From an uncultured Planctomycetaceae bacterium (lineage in GTDB: Bacteria; Planctomycetota; Planctomycetia; Planctomycetales; Planctomycetaceae), in NCBI GenBank assembly GCA_963803815.1, contig CAWDOB010000003.1:2215511-2279510 (forward strand): a DNA stretch of 64,000 nt. Reading direction: 5' to 3'. The notes under the pieces were generated by a model. That model did not search any database. It was given only the letters and a program-made list of their open reading frames with translations, and had not been told where the DNA came from. Shown one piece after another: positions 19,002 through 27,637 of this stretch. The position numbers and the translations under genes were made by a program. Position 1 is the stretch's first letter. Each line of letters begins with the position of its first letter.

Positions 19002-21383
19002 ATGACGCTCCCCCGGCCCGCCCCGTCGCCCCGGCCCACCCCGTCGCCCCGGCCGGTCCCGTCGCCCCGGCCGGTGGGCCGCCGCGGGTGGTCGGCGGCG
19101 CTTCTGGCGACGGCTTGCGGGGCGACGTTCTGCGGGGCGACGGTTTGCGGGGCGACGGGCGAGGCCGCGGCTCCGCCGCCGTTTCGGCCGCCGCCGGCGC
19201 CGGCGGCGGAGGCCGCGTTTGAGGCGCTCGCCCCGCTCGCGGAGGCGGGGCGGTGGGACGAGTGGGCCGCGAGCCTGCGCGACACCCGCGACCTCGCCGC
19301 CGCCGCCTGGGTTCCGATCGAATCGAACCGCTGGCTCGGGCCGGACCTCGCCGCGGAACGCCTGCTGACCGCCGCCCCGCCCGCCGTCCGGGCGGCGTGG
19401 GAGAAGACCACGGCGGCCCGCGTCGCCCGGTTGGCGTCGGAGGCGCACGCCGATCCGTCCGACCCCCGCCCGGCGTTCACGCTGGCCCGGGAACTGCCGT
19501 TCTCCGACGCCGGCCGGGCCGCCGCGGGCGCCCTCGCCGCCGCCGCATTCCGGGACGGCCGACTCGCCGAGGCCCGCCGGCGGTGGGACGATCGCGCCCG
19601 CCTCGCCCCCGGCGGGCCGCGGTCGTCGGACGCCGCGGACGATTGGGCGAACGTGCTGCTGGCGGACCTCGCCGCCGGCCGCCTCGCCCTGGCGGAGTGG
19701 GAACGAACGGAGTTCCTCGCCGCCTTCCCCGCACATCGCCCCGAGTGGCAGACGCCCTTCGACGCCGCCCGCTGGCCGCCGCGGGCGGCGCCGACGCACA
19801 CCCGCACGCCCGGCCACAGCGACGCCCGTGACGGGCGATTGCGCACGCTGCCGGCCCCGTTCGCCTCCCCCGCAGCCCGGGCGATCGCCGCCGGCGGACC
19901 GTCCTGGGCCGTCCCCCGCGTCGGGACGAACGAACCGGGCGCCGCGGCCGACGACACCTTCCCCTCCGCCCCCGTCGTGTGGGTTCCCCGGTCAGTCGAC
20001 GCGGGAACCGGCGACGCGACGCTGCTCTACAGCACCGGGCGACGCGTCGTCGGGCTGAACCTGCGCACCGGCCGGGCCCGCTGGCCGATTGACCCGGACG
20101 AGCCCGCACGCGACGACGGCACGCTGTTCCCCCCGCCGACGGCGCTCGCGGGGCCGGCGCCGGTCGCGGCGCCGGCGGGGGTGGTCCGGGTCGGCCGCAA
20201 CCCGCCGCCGGTCGGGACGGTGCGATTCGGCGTCGCCCTGCACGGGTCGTTCGCCGTGGCCCGCCTGGGCGATGCGGCGGTGGAGTGGCCGCCGGGCGCG
20301 CTGCGGGTTCCGTCATCGTCCCTCGTCTGCCTCGATCTGCACCGGGAGGGCGAACTGCGGTGGCAGGCGCCCGCCCAAATGCTGAACACCGGGGCGCCGC
20401 GAACCGGGGCGCCGCGAACCGGGGCGCCGCGAACCGGGGCGCTGCGAACCGGGGCGGACGACGACGCCTGGAGTTGGGAGGGGACGCCGGCGCTGGGGTT
20501 TGACCCGCTGACCGGGGCGCCGCGGGCGTTCGCGGTGGCCCGGCGGAATCGGCCGCGGGTGCGGTTGGACGTGGTCGGGCTGGACCTCGGCACGGGGGCG
20601 ACGTTGTGGCGAACGGCGTTGGGGGCGGCGCGGTCCGTACCCGCTCCGGCGGTGCGGGTGCGGAGCGCGATCACGCCGACGCTGTCCGGCGGCCGGTTGT
20701 TCATCGACACCGGCGCCGGGGCCGTCGCCTGCCTGGACGCCGCCGACGGACGACCCGTCTGGCTCGCCGGCCACGACCGCGATCCGGCCGCCGCCGCGGC
20801 GTCGGCCGCGCCGCCCGTGGTCGTCGGCGGTCGGGTGTTCCTCACCCCCGCCGACGCCGGCGGGGTGCGGGCGTTGGACGCCGCCACCGGCGCCCCGCTG
20901 TGGATCCGCAACCTGCCGGGGGAGGGCGAACGGATCGTCGGCGTCGCCGCCCACCGCCTGCTGATCGCCGCCGCCGGCGGGCTGTTCGGCCTCGAACCGG
21001 CCACCGGCGAAACGGCTTGGTTCCGCCCGCTGGACCGTTCCCTCCCCGGCCCCGCAGACGCCCACGCCGCGGGATTGATCGGCGCCGGCACGGTCGCCTG
21101 GGTGACGCACGACCGCATCCGGCTCCTCGACGCCGCCACCGGCGACCCGCACGGCGAGATCCCGCTGGCGGAGGTCGGCGTGCGAGCCGGGACGCTCGCG
21201 GGAACGCCAAGCGCCGCCGTGCTGCTCACCCCGCGGGCGCTCGCCGGCTGGACCGGCGCCGCGGCGCCGCCGTCGTACCCGCTGGCGGGCTTACCAACCC
21301 GACGCGTCAGCGAGGGCGATCCGGCGCAGCCGGACCGAGACCGGACGAAGGATTCGCCCCGGCTGCGCCGCCTGCCTCGCTGA
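19002..21383 (+). CDS. PQQ-binding-like beta-propeller repeat protein
   Basis: Repeated (L/C)D..TG...W blades (LNLRTGRARW, LDLGTGATLW, LDAADGRPVW, LDAATGAPLW). Confidence 0.8.
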   Translation: MTLPRPAPSPRPTPSPRPVPSPRPVGRRGWSAALLATACGATFCGATVCGATGEAAAPPPFRPPPAPAAEAAFEALAPLAEAGRWDEWAASLRDTRDLAAAAWVPIESNRWLGPDLAAERLLTAAPPAVRAAWEKTTAARVARLASEAHADPSDPRPAFTLARELPFSDAGRAAAGALAAAAFRDGRLAEARRRWDDRARLAPGGPRSSDAADDWANVLLADLAAGRLALAEWERTEFLAAFPAHRPEWQTPFDAARWPPRAAPTHTRTPGHSDARDGRLRTLPAPFASPAARAIAAGGPSWAVPRVGTNEPGAAADDTFPSAPVVWVPRSVDAGTGDATLLYSTGRRVVGLNLRTGRARWPIDPDEPARDDGTLFPPPTALAGPAPVAAPAGVVRVGRNPPPVGTVRFGVALHGSFAVARLGDAAVEWPPGALRVPSSSLVCLDLHREGELRWQAPAQMLNTGAPRTGAPRTGAPRTGALRTGADDDAWSWEGTPALGFDPLTGAPRAFAVARRNRPRVRLDVVGLDLGTGATLWRTALGAARSVPAPAVRVRSAITPTLSGGRLFIDTGAGAVACLDAADGRPVWLAGHDRDPAAAAASAAPPVVVGGRVFLTPADAGGVRALDAATGAPLWIRNLPGEGERIVGVAAHRLLIAAAGGLFGLEPATGETAWFRPLDRSLPGPADAHAAGLIGAGTVAWVTHDRIRLLDAATGDPHGEIPLAEVGVRAGTLAGTPSAAVLLTPRALAGWTGAAAPPSYPLAGLPTRRVSEGDPAQPDRDRTKDSPRLRRLPR
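20388..20456 (+). repeat. In-frame 15-bp tandem repeat (TGAPR x ~4.5)
   Basis: ACCGGGGCGCCGCGA repeated. Confidence 0.9.
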
Positions 21384-21397
21384 CGCATCGGGTTGGT
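21293..21397. repeat. REPIN-like inverted doublet, family A, overlapping 3' ends of two convergent genes
   Basis: ACCAACCCGACGCGTCAGCGAGGG ... CCTCGCTGACGCATCGGGTTGGT. Confidence 0.9.
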
Positions 21398-21864
21398 ACA
21401 GTCTGGCGATCCTGCGCGTCGAGGACGTATTCCATCACGTCGTAGAGAGCGCCCTCGCCGTTGACGTATCGCACGCTGCCGCGTTCGGCCCACCAGTTCG
21501 TCCGGTTGGGTTCGATCTCCCTCAGCCGACGCGTGGTCCAGGCCTTCAAATCCGCCCTCACCTTCTCCGGCCGCCGTCCCGGGGCTGTTACCACGACGTG
21601 AAGATGATTGGACCGACAGTTGACCGCGTGCAAAACCCAGCCGCGGTGGCGGCAGGTCTCCGCGATCTGCGCCTCGACCGCATCACGCCATGAACGGGGG
21701 AGCACGCAGGCGTCTTCGGTCATTCGAGCCGCCGCCTCCCGTCTGATGATCGGGTCCGGCAGCTTCCAACCGCGTCTGTAAGCGACCCACCCCCGTTCAT
21801 CCCCGGGCAACCACGTGCCATACGTCACCCAGGTGAGAAAATAGGCCGTCGGTTCATGGTGCAT
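21307..21864 (-). mobile_element. REP-associated tyrosine transposase (RAYT-like, HUH/Y1 family)
   Basis: YFLTWVTYGTWLPGD N-terminus, NHLHVVV HUH motif, LKAW, WAERGS and distal Tyr (VMEYV). Flanked on both sides by family A repeats. Confidence 0.85.
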
Positions 21865-21868
21865 CGCG

Positions 21869-22181
21869 ACCAACCCGAAGCGTCAGCGAGGGCCGCGGCG
21901 TCGCCGCGGCGGAAACCTGACGTTGACCGGTCGTCTCCGATGCGGCAAGCGTCCGCCACACCAACCCGACGCGTCAGCAAGGGCTCCCGCGCCGCGGGAA
22001 CAGGGCACGCTGACAATCTCCGCGGCCGACGTCACCTCGTCGGGCTGCGCCCGACGCCCTCGCTGACGCGTCGGGTTGGTAAGCCCCACCACCAACCCGA
22101 CGCGTCAGCGAGGGAGCGGCGCAGCCCGCCCCCGGAACAGCCTCACGCGGCTGCGGCGTGGTCTTCGCTGACGCGGCGGGT
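21869..22181. repeat. Cluster of five family A REP copies upstream of the RAYT gene
   Basis: Copies at 21869(+), 21960(+), 22057(-), 22091(+) and a degenerate copy at ~22164(-). Confidence 0.9.
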
Positions 22182-24188
22182 GAGTAGAGACGTGCCGACC
22201 AGCGCCGCGAAGCCCAGGGGGATCGTCACGAGGCCCGGCTGCGTGAACGGGGTGAGGGCGTCGGCGGGGTCCAGGTGATACACCTTCTCGAAGGTGTCGC
22301 TGCTCAATAAAATCCAGGCCAGCGACGACACCATGCCGACCGTCACCCCGGCGATCACGCCGCGGGCGGTGGTGCCTTTCCAGAACAGGATGCAGACCAG
22401 CGCCGGCAGGTTGGCGCTCGCCGCGACGCTGAACGCCCAGCCCACCAGATAACTCACGTTCATGTCTTGAAACACGATTCCCAACCCAATCGCCACCAGC
22501 CCGATCGCCACGCTGGCGATCTTCGCCGCCCGGACCTGCTGATTCTCGTCCATCTCAATGCCGAGGCCGTGCGTCATCAAATCGTGCGACACCGCCCCGG
22601 CACTGGCGAGGATCAATCCGCTGACCGTGCCCAACACCGTGGTGAACGCCACGGCGCTGATGCAGGCGAACAGCCACTCCCCGAACGTGCGGGCCAGCAG
22701 CGGGGCGGCCATATTGCTGTCGGTGGGATCCAGCGCCCCGCTGGTCATCGCCCCCAGGCCGATAAACAGCGTCAGGACGTAAAAGAACCCGATCACCAGG
22801 ATCCCCACGATCGTGCTCTTGCGAGCCGCCGCGGCGTCTTTGACGGTGTAATAGCGGATGAGGATATGCGGCAGCGACGCGGTGCCGCAGAACAGGGCGA
22901 GCATCAGGGAGAGGAAATTGATCTTGCCAAGGAGTTCGTCGGATTTGATGTCTGCGAATTTGGGGTGGTTGCCGGGGGTGAGGAGGGCGGCGCCTTCTTG
23001 ATACGTCGTGACGGCGAGGGTCGTCCTCGTTCCCGCGTCGTCCGTCAGGCTAACTGCCTTCGGCACGTTGACTGACGACTCGGCGAATATGCTGAGGTAG
23101 TCCAATGGATTCAGCGGTCCAGTGTCGTCCTCCTTGCTCCAGCCGGGACCAAGACGGCTCACGCCCCCGCCTGGGACTGCCTCCGCCGGCGTGACGCCGA
23201 TGACTGCGACGGGATCGGCTCCATAGATAACCGATCCGCCCAATCCCACGAGCGGATCGCCCACGGTCCAAGCACGCAGTGCGCCGGTAGAGGGGTCTTC
23301 CGTCGCCCAGTAGTAACTCTCCTTCCAGTCCCCGGTTCTGGGCGGGGCAGTCAACCCAGCCTCTCTCGCGCGAATCTCAAAGATGCCGCCGCTCGACGAT
23401 GCTCCCTCGCCGATCTCTGTGCTGTCGAGTGCAAGCATTCGCGGCTCGGGAAATGCATCCTTCATAGCAGTACGACCGGATGGACGAGCTTCTAATCCCC
23501 GCCACAGCACGCACCCCACCAAGATCGTACTAAACACCACCAACAACCCGCCTTTGATAAACTGCACCCAGGTCGTCGAGACCATGCCCGCCGTCGTCAC
23601 GATCGCGATCACCACGCCGCCGACCAGCGTCACGCCGGCCCAGTGGGGCAGGCCCAGCAGCGGGGTGACCAGCGCCCCGGCGCCGACCATCTGCGGGATC
23701 AGATAGAACACGCTGACGGCCAGCGTGCTCAGCCCCGCGGCGATCTTGATGCCGCGGGAATTGAACTTCGCGTCCAAGGCGTCCGCGAAGGTGAACTTGC
23801 CGAGCCGCTTCATCGGTTCGGCGATCACGAACAGCGCCACCACCCACCCGGCCAGAAAGCCGATGCTATACAGGAAGCCGTCGTAGCCGTAAAAGGCGAT
23901 CATCCCGCAGATGCCCAGGAAGCTCGCCGCCGAGAGATAATCCCCCGCGAACGCCACCCCGTTGACGAACCACGGAATCTGCCCGTGGGCCGCGAAATAG
24001 CCCGCGGCGCCCTTCGTCCGCCGGCCCAGCCACCAGGACAGGATCAATGTCCCGGCGACGAACGCGCCGAAAATCAGGACGGCGGTGAGGGAGGCTTCGT
24101 GGTTCAATTGCGGATGTGGGATTGCGGATATGGGATGTTCAATCAGCGACGACGGAGAGAGATCAGGCGGAGTTTTCACATCCCCCAT
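22143..24188 (-). CDS. actP: Cation/acetate symporter (SSS family, ActP-like)
   Basis: NGVAFAGDYLSAASFLG, YLIPQMVGAG, GMVSTTWVQFIKG, GTASLPHILIRYYTV and AFSVAASAN motifs. Preceded by a DUF485 gene. Confidence 0.85.
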   Translation of the reverse strand: MGDVKTPPDLSPSSLIEHPISAIPHPQLNHEASLTAVLIFGAFVAGTLILSWWLGRRTKGAAGYFAAHGQIPWFVNGVAFAGDYLSAASFLGICGMIAFYGYDGFLYSIGFLAGWVVALFVIAEPMKRLGKFTFADALDAKFNSRGIKIAAGLSTLAVSVFYLIPQMVGAGALVTPLLGLPHWAGVTLVGGVVIAIVTTAGMVSTTWVQFIKGGLLVVFSTILVGCVLWRGLEARPSGRTAMKDAFPEPRMLALDSTEIGEGASSSGGIFEIRAREAGLTAPPRTGDWKESYYWATEDPSTGALRAWTVGDPLVGLGGSVIYGADPVAVIGVTPAEAVPGGGVSRLGPGWSKEDDTGPLNPLDYLSIFAESSVNVPKAVSLTDDAGTRTTLAVTTYQEGAALLTPGNHPKFADIKSDELLGKINFLSLMLALFCGTASLPHILIRYYTVKDAAAARKSTIVGILVIGFFYVLTLFIGLGAMTSGALDPTDSNMAAPLLARTFGEWLFACISAVAFTTVLGTVSGLILASAGAVSHDLMTHGLGIEMDENQQVRAAKIASVAIGLVAIGLGIVFQDMNVSYLVGWAFSVAASANLPALVCILFWKGTTARGVIAGVTVGMVSSLAWILLSSDTFEKVYHLDPADALTPFTQPGLVTIPLGFAALVGTSLLTRRVSEDHAAAA

Positions 24189-24507
24189 CCGACGTCCCCG
24201 CTCCCAGATCCTCCACCGCGTCCCGCGCCAGCACGCCGTACAGCCCCGCGAGCAGCGCCGCGGCGGCGATCAGGCCGAAGCCGCTCCACACGCTGATCGG
24301 CACGCCGTTCCAGAGCACGCCCATCCACTCCACCCGAAACGCGCTGACGAACACGAAGTTCGCGTACATCGCCGTATAAATTGCGAACAGCACGAGCCCC
24401 AGCTTGGCGTTGTACGTCAGCAATTCCTCCGGCGGCGCCGCCCAGGCCGGCTCGGCGGGCGGCGGATCGGCGGGCGGCGGGACGGGGCTGGCGGGGGACA
24501 TCGACAC
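24163..24507 (-). CDS. DUF485 family small membrane protein (ActP partner)
   Basis: NAKLGLVLFAIY...GVPISVWSGFGLI, two TM segments, directly upstream of actP. Confidence 0.75.
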   Translation of the reverse strand: MSMSPASPVPPPADPPPAEPAWAAPPEELLTYNAKLGLVLFAIYTAMYANFVFVSAFRVEWMGVLWNGVPISVWSGFGLIAAAALLAGLYGVLARDAVEDLGAGTSDGGCENSA

Positions 24508-24597
24508 GCACGCAGCGGAGGGGCGGGGCCGCAGTGTGCGGCCCCGCCCCGCCCCGTGCCACCGAGCCCGCGGCCGGCGCGAACCGCCCGGCCCCGG

Positions 24598-24653
24598 GGT
24601 TCAGGCTCCCGAAGGTTCAGCTTCCCGAAGGTTCAGGCTCCCGAAGGTTCAGG
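24598..24653. repeat. 16-bp tandem repeat GGTTCAGGCTCCCGAA x3.5
   Basis: Seen directly, intergenic, upstream of DUF485-actP. Confidence 0.9.
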
Positions 24654-24673
24654 TCCCTGGGGCGCCCGGGTCC

Positions 24674-25672
24674 TCAGGGGCGGGGGGCGGCGAGGATGGT
24701 CGCCCCGGTTTGCGGCCGGGCCGGCGGGTTCGCCACCGCGACGCCGGACCAGGTGCCGGTCGTCCGCCAGTCGCCCGGCGGGACGACGGTCATCCGCCAC
24801 TGGCCGGTGAACCGCGGCGGGGCCCCCGGGCCGGCGGGGCGGGCGACGGTCCAGGTCAGCGTGCCGGCGAAGTCGCCCATGGTAAAGCGCCCGCGGACGA
24901 TCGCCGACGCCGTCGGGTCCGCCCCCGGCCCGGCCGGCCGCACGATCGTCACGTCCGTGATCCGCCCCTCCCCGCCCAGGATCAGCCCCCCGCCGCCGCC
25001 CAGCCGCACCTCGCCCCGCACCAGATGGCCCGTCACGCTGGTGTAGGTCGTGTCCCAGACGCTGTCCCACAGATCGACCTGCCACGCCGCCGCCTCGTCC
25101 GGCGGCGGGACGGCGGAGGGCGCCTCCGGCCGGATCGTCCACTCCGGCCCCGGGAACGGCCGGTAAGGTTCCGGCTGATACGTTTCCGGCTGATACGTTT
25201 CCGGTCGGTACGTTTCCGGCTGATACGTTTCCGGTCGGTACGTTTCCCACGGTCGGGAGCCCCGCGGAGCCCCATCCGTCGGCGGAGCCCAGTCCGCCGG
25301 CGGGAACGGGGACGCCGGTTCTGTCGGGGGGAACGGGGACGCCGGGTCCGCCGGCTCGTCCGGCTGCCGGACGATCGACAGCCTCCGCGGGGCCGGCCCC
25401 AACCGCGGCCCCGGCACGGCGAACTCTCTGCCGTCATCGTCCGGGAGGTGATCCTCGGGGAGGTCGAGCCTCGGTTCCGGGGCGGCGAGGCCGGGGGGCA
25501 GCGGGAGGTCGTCCGCGGACGGATCGTCCAGCGGCGTGATGACAAGTTGATCGGCGGGCGGCGCGACGGGCCGGGGCGGCGGGGCGAGCCGGGGCGGCGG
25601 GGCGAGCTGCCCGACGGTCAGGGCCACGACGGCGGCGGGAAGGGACGACGCGAGCATGGCCGCACGATTCAC
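24674..25672 (-). CDS. Hypothetical Pro-rich exported protein with PETY(R/Q) repeats
   Basis: Signal-like N-terminus, 15-bp repeat at 25160-25247, C-terminal beta-rich domain (WDTTY...FTGQW...GTWSG). Confidence 0.6.
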   Translation of the reverse strand: MNRAAMLASSLPAAVVALTVGQLAPPPRLAPPPRPVAPPADQLVITPLDDPSADDLPLPPGLAAPEPRLDLPEDHLPDDDGREFAVPGPRLGPAPRRLSIVRQPDEPADPASPFPPTEPASPFPPADWAPPTDGAPRGSRPWETYRPETYQPETYRPETYQPETYQPEPYRPFPGPEWTIRPEAPSAVPPPDEAAAWQVDLWDSVWDTTYTSVTGHLVRGEVRLGGGGGLILGGEGRITDVTIVRPAGPGADPTASAIVRGRFTMGDFAGTLTWTVARPAGPGAPPRFTGQWRMTVVPPGDWRTTGTWSGVAVANPPARPQTGATILAAPRP

Positions 25673-25841
25673 GGGGGGGACGGGAGGCCCACCGTACCCC
25701 GCGCCCGAGCGCCCTCGCCCGGGAAAACCCGCACCGCCGCCCCCCCGCCCGCCCCGGCGCCCGCGGGTTCGCTCCGGCTCGAGTCCGGGCTGCGGATTCG
25801 GCGGCCTCTCGTGCGGGGGCGAATGCCTCTAAGCTGGCGGC

Positions 25842-27212
25842 ATGCCCGCCGCCCCGTCGTCCGCCCCGCTGCCGTCCGTCCCGCCGTCGCCCGCCGACGC
25901 CCTCCGTGCGGCGTTGCGGGACCGCACCGCCCGGGTGGGGGTGATCGGGCTGGGGTACGTGGGGTTGCCGCTGTTGGACGCGTTCGTCAACGCCGGCTTC
26001 AAGACGTTGGGGTTCGATACGGACCGCGCGAAGGTGGACGCGCTGCTCGCCGGCCGCAGTTATATCAAGCACGTGCCGGGGGAGAAGATCGCCCGCTGGC
26101 GGCACGAGGGGGCGTTTGAGCCGACCGACGACTTCGCCCGGCTCGGCGAGCCGGACGTGCTGTTGATTTGCGTGCCCACCCCCCTGACCGACGCCCGCGA
26201 CCCGGATCTGTCGTTCGTGGAAAAGAGCGCCCGGGCGATCGCGCGGGCGCTGCGACCGGGGCAATTGGTGGCGCTGGAAAGCACGACCTACCCCGGCACC
26301 ACCCGGGAGATCGTCCTGCCGATCCTCCGCGAATCCGGCCTGACCGCGGGCGACGACTATTTCCTCGCCTACAGCCCCGAACGCGAAGACCCCGGCAACC
26401 CGGACTATACCGCCGCGGGCATCCCCAAGGTGGTCGGCGGGCTGGACCCGGTCAGCGGGGAACTGGCCCGTTTGTTGTACGAAGCGGCGGTGGTGCGGGT
26501 CGTCCCCGTCGGCTCGCCCGAGGTCGCCGAAGCCTGCAAGATTCTGGAAAACACCTACCGGGCGGTGAATATCGCCCTGGTGAACGAATTGAAAGTATTA
26601 TTAGACCGCATGGACGTGGACGTGTGGGAGGTGATCGACGCGGCGAAGACGAAGCCGTTCGGCTTTCAGGCGTTCTATCCGGGGCCGGGGCTGGGCGGGC
26701 ACTGCATCCCGATCGACCCGTTTTATCTCACCTGGCTGGCCCGCCGGCAGGGGTTGAACACGCGGTTTATCGAACTGGCCGGGGAGGTGAACACGTCGAT
26801 GCCGGAGTACGTCGTCGGCAAAACGGTCACGGCGCTGAACGACGTCCGCAAACCGGTGCGGGGCAGCAAGATCTGCGTGCTGGGGCTGGCGTATAAGAAG
26901 AACGTCGACGACCACCGCGAGAGCCCGAGTTTCGAACTGCTCCGCCGGTTAAACGATCTGGGCGCAGAACTGAGTTATCACGACCCGCACGTCCCCCGCA
27001 TGCCCCGCGGCAAACGGGGGTACGCGGACCCGCCGGACCTGGTCAGCGAGCCGCTCACCCCGGCGTTTCTGGCCGGTTTGGATTGCGTGCTGATCGCCAC
27101 GGACCACGACGCCGTCGACTATCAAGCGGTCGTGACGCACGCCCCGCTAATCGTCGACACCCGCAACGCCGCCCACGGCTTCACGGGTCCGGGAACGGTG
27201 GTGAAGGCGTGA
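25842..27212 (+). CDS. UDP-glucose/GDP-mannose dehydrogenase family nucleotide-sugar dehydrogenase
   Basis: GVIGLGYVG, ICVPTP, LESTTYPG, SPER, GLGGHCIPIDP and GLAYKKNVDDHRESP motifs. Confidence 0.95.
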   Translation: MPAAPSSAPLPSVPPSPADALRAALRDRTARVGVIGLGYVGLPLLDAFVNAGFKTLGFDTDRAKVDALLAGRSYIKHVPGEKIARWRHEGAFEPTDDFARLGEPDVLLICVPTPLTDARDPDLSFVEKSARAIARALRPGQLVALESTTYPGTTREIVLPILRESGLTAGDDYFLAYSPEREDPGNPDYTAAGIPKVVGGLDPVSGELARLLYEAAVVRVVPVGSPEVAEACKILENTYRAVNIALVNELKVLLDRMDVDVWEVIDAAKTKPFGFQAFYPGPGLGGHCIPIDPFYLTWLARRQGLNTRFIELAGEVNTSMPEYVVGKTVTALNDVRKPVRGSKICVLGLAYKKNVDDHRESPSFELLRRLNDLGAELSYHDPHVPRMPRGKRGYADPPDLVSEPLTPAFLAGLDCVLIATDHDAVDYQAVVTHAPLIVDTRNAAHGFTGPGTVVKA

Positions 27213-27459
27213 GGGCCCTTGCGTGCGACCGGCGGGCCGGGGACGATGGAGGTCGCTTTTCCTGGAACGCATACCGATGCCCGCCGCCCCCCGGGGGACC
27301 CGCCGGGGTGCCGGCGGAGGTGTGGGCGGACGTGTTGCGGTTCTTTTCGAAAGACGTCGCGGCGGCGACGTGACGGAGGTGATCGGTCGACTGAACCACG
27401 GGGTGTTCACATGAGCGGGACGGTACGGGCTGGGAAGCCGTTTCCAAGATCACCTATCA

Positions 27460-27541
27460 ACCAACCCGAAGCGTCAGCGAGGGCTGTTCGCGCCGCCCAG
27501 GCGAGCAGCGCCGGCGCCCCTCGCTGACGCTTCGGGTTGGT
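27460..27541. repeat. REPIN-like inverted doublet, family A
   Basis: ACCAACCCGAAGCGTCAGCGAGGG ... CCCTCGCTGACGCTTCGGGTTGGT. Confidence 0.9.
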
Positions 27542-27559
27542 TTGGAAACGAGCTATAGA

Positions 27560-27584
27560 GTCGGCGGCTGAAAGCCGCCGCTAC
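27560..27584 (-). repeat. GTAG-type REP (family C)
   Basis: Minus strand GTAGCGGCGGCTTTCAGCCGCCGAC; a second copy with one difference is at 61883-61907. Confidence 0.75.
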
Positions 27585-27637
27585 GACGACGCACGGTTCG
27601 CTATAATACCGCGTCCGTTCGGCCGGTCCTGCGCGGA

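Noticed and set aside
21307-21864. IS200/IS605 insertion sequence
   Set aside because: There is no tnpB and only one copy in the window, and the flanks are multi-copy REP doublets, which fits RAYT better.
27213-27440. Small gene after the nucleotide-sugar dehydrogenase
   Set aside because: Only short conflicting ORFs with no motif; may be a gene remnant.
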